Notes under the pieces: generated by a model | The model's database searches: none | The model's input: the letters and a program-made list of their open reading frames with translations, nothing else | Told to the model about the DNA's origin: nothing | Assembly: GCA_964016885.1 (NCBI GenBank) | Contig: OZ024740.1 | Location: 135,718,001-135,782,000, forward strand | Length of the DNA: 64,000 nucleotides | Source: Eledone cirrhosa | Lineage: Eukaryota | Reading direction: 5' to 3' | Position numbers and translations under genes: made by a program | In this document: positions 1 to 11,264 of the stretch, piece after piece | Layout: every line of letters starts with the position of its first letter | Position numbering within the stretch: the first letter of the stretch is position 1

Positions 1-750
1 AACAGTCAGAGTAATTGTAATAATGAATATTGTAATCCATCTGACATGTGTTTAAAGGGCAGTTTTTGGTGAAAATATTATATTTTGTTTGGTCAAGACG
101 TGGTCAAGCGACCTTCCTTGTCGCCATTTTGTATTTATGTTGAGAATAATACCTTAACATCAGTATGAGCAGCCGGCTACAGCCGGTTTGAACAGAAAGA
201 GATGAGCGAATTCTGGTCAGATACAGCTGGTTTATATGCTAAAGGGTTAAATAAACTGTATTCCTCAATATTTTATCAATAAAAAATGGAAGTATATTCG
301 GTACTAAATATAATTAGAGTGTGACTTTATTTCTGGAGAATTTATTTACAAATATTCAAGTTTCAAGGAATGGAATCTTGCCTAATTAGAACAAATACAT
401 GAAACCTTTTTTTTTTTTTTTTTTTTCAGATCTTTCAATTTTTCCAAATATAACATGTTTTGACATAGTTTTGGTAGGATTTTACTGGCTTGAGAAATGT
501 TTGTATTGAATCATAACAATATAGTGTAGGTTGAGCTAGATACCCTTTCTAATACCAATCAAAGTAGTTGGTACTAGAAAGAGTATCTAGCTGTAGAAAC
601 CATGCCAAAACTGACAGGAATGTATATGAAATGTGTCCCCTGTTTCATCTTAGAAAACAGTTGCTCTAATTAAGTATTTTTAACAGGGATAATTGGATGT
701 AATATTATGGTTATGCCCTTCTTATCACCAACAGAAGTTTGGGGAAAAGA

Positions 751-1273
751 GATACAAATGATCTGGAAAAACAAGAGAAGCTTGTCATGGGGTCTGTAAA
801 GTCTAACCACTGCTTTAATAAGGATGATACAAATGATCTGGGAAAACTAGAGAAGCTTGTCATAGGGTCCGTAAAGTCTAACCACTGCTTTAATAAGGAT
901 GATACAAATGATCTGGGAAAACTAGAGAAGCTTGTCATGGGGTCCGTAAAGTTAACTGCTGCTTTAATAAGGATGATACAAATGATCTGGGAAAACTAGA
1001 GAAGCTTGTCATGGGTTCCATAAAGCTAACCATTACTTTAATAAGGATGATACAAATGATCTTGGAAAACTAGAGCAGCTTCTCATGGGGTCCGTAAAGC
1101 TAACCACTGCTTTAATAAGGACGATACAGATGATCTTGGAAAACTAGAGAAGCTTGTCATGGGGTTCGTAAAGCTAACCATTGCTTTAATAAGGATGATA
1201 CAGATGATCTTGGAAAACTAGAGAAGCTTGTCATGGGGTCAACAAAGCTAACCACTGCTTTAATAAGGACGAT
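751..1273. repeat. minisatellite, 7 tandem copies of a 74-75-bp unit
   Basis: Unit GATACAAATGATCTGGGAAAACTAGAGAAGCTTGTCATGGGGTCCGTAAAG(T)CTAACCACTGCTTTAATAAGGAT starts at 751, 826, 901, 975, 1049, 1123 and 1197; no unique spacers. Confidence 0.95.
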
Positions 1274-1649
1274 GTGCATTGAACCAGTGGCCTCTGAGGG
1301 ACGAGCTGCGAGAAAAGGCAGCCCAAAACGACTCAGAGAAGTGTGCTCAACCAAACAGAGGGATAAGAAAGACTGCTATAAGGAGCGAAATATCACGATA
1401 AATTAACGGAGCCATAGACCCTCGCCATTCCCTGTAAATAATGTGCTCAAAGGAGAAGAAATCCTGAGCTCTTTAAAATACAATATGTTGAAAAGGTAAC
1501 ACACTAGAGAGAGATATACAGTGCGCTATCAATAAAACAGGGAAAAAACCACCAGTGTATGGAATCTTTAACCTATGAAAGGCAGACTATAGACACGATA
1601 ATTAAAAATATAAATTAAAGCGTAAATAAATACCTCTATAACTATATAA

Positions 1650-1727
1650 CACACGTACAAATCCAAAGGGTTGTTTCGCCAGTAAGTTGTTGACAGAAAT
1701 GGAAAAATCTCGGTTCCTCAGCGTGTA
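1650..1727 (-). ncRNA. type I hammerhead ribozyme motif (unit 1 copy)
   Basis: Minus strand: TACACG-CTGAGGA-ACCG...CTGGC-GAAA-CAA..TTG-TA-CGTGTG; stem I 6 bp, intact CUGANGA and GAAA, GUA triplet; closing pair of stem II is A-C. Confidence 0.6.
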
Positions 1728-2748
1728 TAAGGCAATTTTGGCGCCAAACTTTTCCTTTTGAAAGAAAAATGGCACCAAACTTTTCCTTTTGAAAGAATAA
1801 TGTGATTTGTCACGTGATATTACCTCTAAATTTTTTGAATGTGTCTATACGTATATACGTATTTTTTCCTTGTAAATTCGGAAAAATGATAAACTGGAAT
1901 AATTCTAAAATCGGGAAAATCACAATATTCCCGTTCACAATATTCCCGTTCCATGATAGTAAGGCCCCTTCAACTGAGGGGCAAAGGTTGTTGTTTAGCC
2001 CTAGGTCAACCTTGACTAAACCACAGAATTCCATTATGATCAACGGTATTCCAGCCACGACCATCCCGTCGTTTTAGGTGTATCTAATAAGTACATTATC
2101 GGACATCGTGTTCTTTCTTAATATTTATTTTAAGGTGGGTGGAAAGAATTGGTTGTTATTTCTAGCAAACTGAGTGCCCACATAGTATGTGTATCAGGGG
2201 GAGGGATATGTTAAAGTAAGGGAGTACAAGTGTTTGGGAAACATTTGACCATTTACATTATAAATTCAAATGTGTGGGTAGTTCTTGGTAATCGAACGAA
2301 AGGAACCGATACGAGATCCATTAATTCTGTATAAGCCTATCAGAGGTTCATCGATATACCAGCCATGGTAAATATTCCAAGCACACACATATATATATAT
2401 ATATACATACGTACACATCATTCTCCTCATGAAGGGCGAGAGTGGCGATCGCAAACATATATACATATACACACAAACACATACACACCACACATATATA
2501 TATACGCAGAAACACACACATACAATAACGACGAGTACTACGATTCTGGAGGAGCGAATGATGGAGAAGATGAAGCTCTCTGCTGCAGAATAAATGGTAT
2601 TTAATTTTAATAATAATACATATATATATATAGTCTTCAAATTTATTATTATTACTATATATATATATATATCTTAATTGATTATCATTATCGTTTTTAT
2701 GGCAAAAGATAGACAGAGAGGGAAAGAGATAGACAGAGGGAAAGATTA

Positions 2749-2810
<62 letters not shown>

Positions 2811-2814
<4 letters not shown>

Positions 2815-2969
2815 ATAGATGCTCTGAAATAGCGATATATATGTGAATATAGACATAGAATATTCGAAAATATTCTGTATGTTTATAATATATAATTCTA
2901 TAGCGATTAGGTCTTCAAAATGTTTATTATAAACATACAGAATATTTTCGAATATTCTATGTCTATATT

Positions 2970-2973
<4 letters not shown>
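2811..2973. mobile_element. fold-back insertion in (TA)n, probable Penelope-like pLTR fragment
   Basis: 49-bp perfect inverted arms 2842-2890 / 2925-2973 plus a one-sided extension; flanked by (TA)n; absent from the paralogous tract in unit 2 (5880-5899). Confidence 0.65.
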
Positions 2974-3005
<32 letters not shown>

Positions 3006-3347
3006 AGAAAGAAGAGAAAAAAACGAGACCCTTAGAAACGAATAAGAGTCATCAAAGCGATCATATGTATTGCTTTAAATTGTAATGCGAAGGGATACAC
3101 TAGTATTTGAGGTACCATCATTTTGGATTTTAACCCTAGGACTTTTCCCTCCCGGTTTTTAAATTTAGGGAAAATTTAGGGGCGACTGGGAATATTACAT
3201 AATGTAGGGATTTTCTTTTCCTTTTCTATCATTTCTTATTTATATATTTATTTATCTACTCTCGTGATTGATATTCCGACAAATGTTAGGGGCGTATTTT
3301 GGTTTTTTATTATGTCAGGTATAGCATCCAAAAATTTCTCCCTTCCC

Positions 3348-3389
<42 letters not shown>

Positions 3390-3391
3390 AA

Positions 3392-3472
3392 CACAGTGTC
3401 CCAAAAAATGTATACACACTTCAACAACAAAGTAATCAAAGTGTGTATATATTTTGGAGGGGACACCGTGTG
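3392..3472. mobile_element. ~80-bp Tc1/mariner-type mini-MITE (other copies ~6272-6352 and 23508-23583)
   Basis: Imperfect TIRs CA(C/G)(A/G)GTGTCCC-AAAATGTATACACACTT ... AAGTGTGTATA-ATTTTGG-GGGACACC, in TA/CA microsatellite context. Confidence 0.6.
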
Positions 3473-4361
3473 TATATATATGTGTGTGTGTGTGTATGTG
3501 TAACTAGTAAAACTGTAAAAACGCAGCGGTATATTCTAATTTTAAATATATTTTATTGGTTAGTCTAAAGAGGGATGTTTATATCCATCACCTCAAACGG
3601 AAGGATATGAGGAAAAGTGTAGTTAATGTTCAGTTTGAGTTCTTATAGGTATGGGGCTGAAGGGAATAATACAAGCAGGAACTGAGCTTAAGAGGGATCT
3701 AGTCATGGAAGTGAAGGGTGACACATACTGTCATGTATTCTAAAATATTTGGTGTGGAGCATAATTGTATGCTATATTTAACATATATAAATAAATAATA
3801 AAGAAACCATATATATATATCACCATTTTAATTCCTTAGTCCATTCATCATTCTGTATCATTTCTCCCCGAATCCAATCTTTGCTTTTCTATTCGATAAT
3901 TCTAGCATATTTTTCAAAACAAATCTTGTATTATTGTTTTATGCTTGTTAAATTATGCCCAAAATACGGGGATCTTATTTAAACCTTAACCTTCTCGCTT
4001 AACCTCTGAGGGACGAGCTGCCAAAAAGGGCAGCCCAAAACCACTCAGAGAAGTGTGCTCAACCAAACAGAGGGATAGGAAAGACTGCTATAAGGAGCGA
4101 AATATCACGATAAATTAACGGAGCCATAGACCCTCGCCATTCCCTGTAAATAATGTGCTCAAAGGAGAAGAAATTCTGAGCTCTTTAAAATACAATATGT
4201 TGAAAAGGTAACACACTAGAGAGAGATATACAGTGCGCTATCAATAAAACAGGGAAAAAACCACCAGTCTATGGAATCTATAACCTATGAAAGGCAGACT
4301 ATAGACACGATAATTAAAAATATAAATTAAAGCGTAAATAAATACCTCTATAACTATATAA

Positions 4362-4441
4362 CACACGTACAAATCCAAAGGGGCCTGTTTCGCCAGTAAG
4401 TTGTTGACAGAAATGGAAAAATCTCGGTTCCTCAGCGTATA
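4362..4441 (-). ncRNA. type I hammerhead ribozyme motif (unit 2 copy)
   Basis: Same fold; stem III ACAGGCCC-CTTT-GGATTTGT followed by A (GUA site). Confidence 0.62.
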
Positions 4442-5423
4442 TAAGGTAATTTTGGCGCCAAACTTTTCCTTTTGAAAGAAAAATGGCACCAAACTTTTCC
4501 TTTTGAAAGAATAATGTGATTTGTCACGTGATTGTGTTCACGTGATATTACCTCTAAATTTTTTGAATGTGTCTATACGTATATACGTATTTTTTCCTTG
4601 TAAATTCGGAAAAATGATAAACTGGAATAATTCTAAAATCGGGAAAATCACAATATTCCCGTTCACAATATTCCATCACAATATTCCCGTTCCATGATAG
4701 TAAGGCCCCTTCACCTGAGGGGCAAAGGTTGTTGTTTAGCTCTAGGTCAACCTTGACTAAACCACAGAATTCCATTATGATCAACGGTATTCCAGCCACG
4801 ACCATCCCGTCGTTTTAGGTGTATCTAATAAGTACATTATCGGACATCGTGTTCTTTCTTAATATTTATTTTAAGGTGGGTGGAAAGAATTGGCTGTTAT
4901 TTCTAGCAAACTGAGTGCCCACATAGTATGTGTATCAGGGGGAGGGATATGTTAAAGTAAGGGAGTACAAGTGTTTGGGAAACATTTGACCATTTACATT
5001 ATAAATTCAAATGTGTGGGTAGTTCTTGGTGATCGAACGAAAGGAACTGATACGAGATCCATTAATTCTGTATAAGCCTATCAGAGGTTCATCGATATAC
5101 CAACCATTAGTAAATATTCCAAGCACACACATACACACATATATATATATACATACGTACACAGCATTCTCCTCATGAAGGGCGAGAGTGGCGATCGCAA
5201 ACATATATACATATACACACAAACACATACACACCACACATATATATATACGCAGAAAGACACACATACAATAACGACGAGTACTACGATTCTGGAGGAG
5301 CGAATGATGGAGAAGATGAAGCTCTCTGCTGCAGAATAAATGGTATTTAATTTTAATAATAATACATATATATATATATATAGTCTTCAAATTTATTATT
5401 ATTACTATATATATATATATATA

Positions 5424-5720
5424 AATAGCTTAGAGTTTAGACTCAATGGGGTCATTTAAAATCATTTCAGCTCTAAGAATCGCTTCTGAGCAGAATAAAT
5501 TAATATTTGATGAACATTTACATGTTTTAGTTGCAATTGACTAATAAAATCGCTAGAATGAAATATCTTAATTCAACAACATAAAGTTTGCCTGTACGAT
5601 CTAAAAAATAATAAATCAATACTCACAGACTCATATAGGCAAACTTTATGTTGTTGAATTAAGATATTTCATTCTAGCGATTTTATTAGTCAATTGCAAC
5701 TAAAACATGTAAATGTTCAT

Positions 5721-5727
<7 letters not shown>
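5424..5727. mobile_element. fold-back insertion in (TA)n, probable Penelope-like pLTR fragment
   Basis: 91-bp perfect inverted arms 5503-5593 / 5637-5727 plus a ~80-bp one-sided tail; absent from the paralogous tract in unit 1 (2656-2672). Confidence 0.7.
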
Positions 5728-5801
<74 letters not shown>

Positions 5802-7534
5802 TAATTGATTATCATTATCGTTTTTATGGCAAAAGATAGACAGAGAGGGAAAGAGATAGACAGAGGGAAAGATTTTGACATATATATATATATATATATG
5901 ATAGAAAGAAGAGAGAAAAACGAGACCCTTAGAAACGAATAAGAGTCATCTAAGCGATCATATGTATTGCTTTAAATTGTAATGCGAAGGGATACACTAG
6001 TATTTGAGGTACCATCATTTGGGATTTTAACCCTCGGACTTTTCCCTCCCGGTTTTTAAATTTAGGGAAAATTTAGGGGTGACTGGGAATATTACATAAT
6101 GTAGGGATTTTCTTTTCCTTTTCTATCATTTCTTATTTATATATTTATTTATCTACTCTCGTGATTGATATTCCGACAAATGTTAGGGGTGTATTTTGGT
6201 TTTTATTATGTCAGGTATAGCATCCAAACATTTTTCCCTTCCCCCAATATATATATATATATATATACAAACACAGTGTCCCAAAAAATGTATACACACT
6301 TCAACAGCAAAGTAATCAAAGTGTGTATATATTTTGGAGGGGACACCGTGTGTATATATATGTGTGTGTGTGTAACTAGTAAAACTGTAAAAACGCAGCG
6401 GTATATTCTAATTTGGCCCTTTTAAGGGCCACCTATATTTTCATTTAAGTAACTCCACTTACATCTATATGCTTTAATAAATTTAAAAAAAAAAAAAGCG
6501 CGTGAAAAAAAAATGTTCATTTAAGTAACTCCACTTACGCGTGGTAGTAATACGGAAATAAACGATGTTTTGCTTTCATCGGCTGCTTCGACTGACAGCT
6601 AATAGCGTTGTAGTGCCCTCTTTCTTTGGGGAAAGTACAAGACTCCTTCATCGCAGGGTTAAATCTGCTGCTATTGCTGGTACTCATTTTCAGCTTAGTA
6701 TACTGGAGCAACATGAAATGAAGTGTTTTGCCCAAGAACACGTCATACACCGCAGTCCAGGTATCGAACCCACGACATTATGATCACTAATAATAATCAC
6801 ATTATGATAACTAATAATAACCTAAACACCTACAGAGTTTTCTCCCATAATTCCTAAAAGCCTTGATATTCATTCAGCTAATGTTTTTCTTCAATCCACT
6901 GTTAGATATTTTTTTAATGCTTACGATATTAAAGATATTTATATTAACCATTATGTTAACTTTTATTAGAGATGGGTTATATTTCAAATATCCTTTAGTT
7001 TGTAATATTACCTACCTGAATTCCTTTAACAAGACAAATATTAATTCAACACTTAGATCAACCCTTCCCATCTTACCCCAAACTGTTATATTTACCTATT
7101 TTCACGTATTTTAGCTTCTATCTCTCTAATATATATTATATGTATGTGTATTAGACAATAAATATATTTTATTGGTTAGTCTAAAGAGGGATGTTTATAT
7201 CCATCACCTCAAACGGAAGGATATGAGGAAAAGTGTAGTTAATGTTCAGTTTGAGTTCTTATAGGTATGGGGCTGAAGGGAATAATACAAGCAGGAACAA
7301 ATCTTGTATTATTGTTTTATGTTTGTTAAATTATGCCCAAAATACGGGGATCTTATTTAAACCTTAACCTTCTCGAAAAAGTAACACACTAGAGAGTGAT
7401 ATACAGTGCGCTATCAATAAAACATGGAAAAAACCACCAGTGTATGGAATCTATAACCTATGAAAGGCAGACTATAGACACGATAATTAAAAATATAAAT
7501 TAAAGCGTAAATAAATACCTCTATAACTATATAA

Positions 7535-7614
7535 CACACGTACAAATCCAAAGGGGCCTGTTTCGCCAGTAAGTTGTTGACAGAAATGGAAAAATCTCGG
7601 TTCCTCAGCGTGTA
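7535..7614 (-). ncRNA. type I hammerhead ribozyme motif (unit 3 copy)
   Basis: Same fold as 4362-4441, with stem I TACACG/CGTGTG. Confidence 0.62.
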
Positions 7615-7935
7615 TAAGGCAATTTTGGCGCCAAACTTTTCCTTTTGAAAGAAAAATGGCACCAAACTTTTCCTTTTGAAAGAATAATGTGATTTGTCAC
7701 GTGATTGTGTTCATGTGATATTACTTCTAAATTTTTTGAATGTGTCTATACGTATATTTTCCTTGTAAATTTGGAAAAATGATAAACTGGAATAATTCTA
7801 AAATCGGGAAAATCACAATATTCCAGTTCCATGATAGTAAGGCCCCTTCACCTGAGGGGCAAAGGTTGTTGTTTAGCCCTAGGTCAACCTTGACTAAACC
7901 ACAGAATTCCATTATGATCAACGGTATTCCAGCCA

Positions 7936-10900
7936 GGTGGAGGGATGGGTCTGCTAGATTCATCGTGGGTAAAGAACGATGCTATAAGCTTTTCTGGGTG
8001 GGAAATGACAATGGGCTGGGTGGAGTAGGAATCATGGTAGCAGAAAAGTGGGCAGATAAGATAATAGACGTAAATAGAGTGAACGACAGAATAATTAAAA
8101 TAAGACTTGTCCTCAATAGAACTACGGTGACAGTAATATCTGCGTACGCACCCCAATCCGGACTGCCCGGCACTATAAAAGACAGTTTCTATGAGACACT
8201 GATGCTCACTACCTCCCAAATAACTGACAGTGACTATATAATCATTGCTGTAGACCTAAATGGTCACGTTGGACAACATTGTGACGGCTATGACGGAATC
8301 CATGGAGGCTATGGGTTTGGTACTAGAAATGAGGAAGGCTCCAGAATCCTGGAATTCTGTGACGCAAATAACTTAACTATCTGTAACACTAACTTCAAAA
8401 AACGAGACAATCACTTGATCACCTATAGATCGGGGGAACACACAAGCCAGGTAGATTATATCCTTACCAGGAGACGTGACAGAGTGTCTGTTGTAAACAC
8501 TAAATCCCTCCCCCATGAAGAATGCACGTCTCAACATAGACTCATAATTAGCGACCTCATAGTCAGGACGAGATGTATTCGACAACAGAAGAGGACTATC
8601 CTCAGGAGAAAATTATGGAAATTAAAGGACCCCACAGTCAGTCATAAATTTAAAAGCATATTACTTGATGCTTTTGATAGGAAGGAAGAGCAATTAGAGT
8701 CGTAAAATATAGAGGAACAGTGGGAATTCCTGAAAGCTAACCTGCTGAAGGCGACAGATGAAACCTGTGGCTGGAGCAGACCTATAGGCAGGAGGAGAGT
8801 AACTTGGTGGTGGAACAGTAAGGTGGAGAGGTCAATCAAGGCCAAAAAGCAGGCTTGGAAAGCATGGCGGGAAGGGGGAAGTAGAGAAGACGATCAAGTG
8901 GCCAGGAGGGAAACTAGGAGACAAGTGTACTTCGCAAGAAGGGAAGCAGAGGAAAGAAAGTTCAAGCATGTTCTACAACGCGAGGACCAAATACGTGAGG
9001 TGTTCAGGATTGCTAGGCAATGTGTCAAGGAAAACCGTGATATTGTCGGGGAGAAGTGTGTCCTAAATGATGATGGTGTACTTGCCATCACTGACACTGA
9101 TAAGAAGGTAGCTTGGAAGTGTCACTACGAAAAACTACTAAATGAGGAGAATAATTGGGAGAAAGACAGTCTCCCCCACATCGACCCAATAGAGGGACCA
9201 GCAGTGCAAGTTGAAGGTAGTATAATAAGTAAGGCGATCAAAGACATGAAGACGGGCAAGGCGGCCGGGCCTTCAGAAATAGTTGCCGAAATGCTGAAAG
9301 CATCTGGAACAGTGGGACACACTATGGTCACCCGGATAGTAAACCAAGTCATACAGAATGGGGTCATTCCGAAGGACTGGCGCAGCAGCATCATCATTAA
9401 CTGCTACAAGGGTAAAGGTGATGCCCTAGATAGGGGAAACTATAGAGGCATTAAATTAATTGACCAGGTCATGAAGGTCACAGAAAAAGTAATAGCGCAA
9501 CTAATCAGAGAGAGAATTGATCTAGACGAAATGCAGTTCGGGTTTGTGTCAGGTAAAAGTACAACAGACGCTCTTTTCATTGTACGACAACTACAGGAGA
9601 AGTACCTAGCTAAAAGTAAACCCCTATACTTAGCTTTTGTTGACTTGGAGAAAGCCTTTGACAGAGTACCTCGCTCGATTATCTGGTGGGCTCTCAGAAA
9701 ACTAGGTGTTGATGAATGGCTTGTGAGAGCTATACAAGCCATGTATAAAGAAACAGTCGCAAGGTTAGAATTAACAACGAATATAGTGAAGAGTTTAGCG
9801 TAAAAGTTGGTGTTCATCAGGGCTCCGTCCTTAGCCCCCTACTATTTATTATTGCCCTTCAGGCTATAACAGAGGAGTTCAAGACTGGCTGCCCATGGGA
9901 ACTCCTATATGCAGATGATCTAATGCTCATAGCTGAACCAATGGCTGAACTAGAGAAGAAATTCCAAACATGGAAGCATGGCCTAGAATCAAAAGGCCTT
10001 AAAGTTAACTTGTCTAAAACTAAAGTTCTAGTTTGTAGGAAGGAAAATAGGGCACCGGTCCCATCTGGGAAATGGCCATGCTCAGTGTGTAGGAAAGGAG
10101 TAGGTAGAAACTCCATTTTATATCCCAAATGCAAAGTATGGGTACATAAAAGATGTAGTGGGATCACAGGTAAGCTAACTAAGAATATAGATTTTATATG
10201 TGGCCAGTGCTCTAGTGCAATAAGTAGCAGCAAGTGCCCACAGAATACTAACTCATTCCATTGCACAGATGGTTCTATAGAAATAGTGGACAGCTTCCGT
10301 TACCTGGGTGACAAAATCAGCAGTGGGGGAGGGTGCTCTGAAAGTACAGTAGCTAGAGTCAGAACGGGATGGAAAAAGTTCAGAGAGTTTATACCACTAT
10401 TGGCCGCTAAAGGGTTCTCTCTAAAAATGAAAGGCAGGCTGCATGATGCCTGCATACGAACAGCAATGTTACATGGCAGTGAGACCTGGGCATTGTGTGC
10501 AGAGGATATACGCAGACTGGAGAGAAACGAAGCTTGCATGCTCCGCTGGATGTGTAATAGTAATATACGTGAACGGCAAAGCTTAAATGAACTAAGGGAG
10601 AAATTAGAAATAAGAGGGATCAGATGTTGTTTACTCGAGAGAAGACTACGTTGATATGGTCACGTGATGCGCATGAAAGACAACAGCTGTATAAAAAAGT
10701 GCAGGGCAATAAAAATAGACGGTAGCCACGGAGTAGGCAGACCCAGAAAAACCTGGGACGACTTGATAAATTCCGACCTCACACACTTACACCTTTCCAA
10801 GACAATGTCACTGGACCGAGATCTTTGGCGCTACACAGTAATAGAGAAGACCTGCCTTACCTAAGTGCAAAGTGAAACCTACTACAGTCAGTAGGCACCT

Positions 10901-11264
10901 CTAACAAAATATCCCCACTACCCCCTCCCACCACCCCATCCACACCACCCCTTTCAATATAAAGTTATGTTGGTACCACAACATCCAGCCCGAAACAAAT
11001 GAGGTCGTGTAGGTGTCACGACAAAAAAACACACAGTCCACGCTGTAATGTGGCCGTGTAGGTAACACGGTAAAAACCTCCCAGTTCCACACTGTAAATG
11101 AGGTTGGTGTTAGGATGGGCATCCAGCCGTAGAAAACCCGCCAGACAGTCCTATGCGAGCAAGACAACCACTCTTTCCTCAAGTGAGAAAACTCCCGTCC
11201 AAACCCATGCGAGCGTGGAATATGGACGTTAAACGATGATGATGATGATGATGATGATGATGAT
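7936..11264 (+). mobile_element. RTE-clade LINE, 5'-truncated, inactivated (APE endonuclease + RT with internal PHD finger; (GAT)n tail)
   Basis: APE motifs VISAYAPQ, DLNGHVG, QVDYIL, SQHRL; RT motifs NYRGIKL, FVDLEKAFDRV, GVHQGSVLSP, YADDL, FRYLG; C-terminal GRPRKTW; premature TAA 8703-8705, 1-bp deletion at ~9758 relative to copy 2, TGA 10652-10654; (GAT)n 11235-11264. Confidence 0.95.

Larger units (their letters stand above)
1291..7935. repeat. local tandem triplication: unit 1 1291-4002, unit 2 4003-7375, partial unit 3 7376-7935
   Basis: Long near-identical blocks (e.g. 1291-2670 vs 4003-5420; 1493-2057 vs 7376-7935) with unit-specific insertions and deletions; unit 3 is cut by an RTE LINE. 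Confidence 0.93.

Noticed and set aside
751-1273. CRISPR-like array or repeat-protein gene
   Set aside because: Units are contiguous with no unique spacers, there are no cas genes and the context is eukaryotic; the frame breaks when the unit drops to 74 bp.
2266-2640. YI/VC-rich ORFs here and at ~3248-3568, 5007-5390, 40462-40650 and 55744-56180
   Set aside because: Translations of (TA)n/(CA)n microsatellites.
7740-7935. N-terminal part of the 321-aa ORF as a real protein extension
   Set aside because: It is tandem-unit DNA that happens to be in frame with the LINE endonuclease; the ORF ends at a premature stop.
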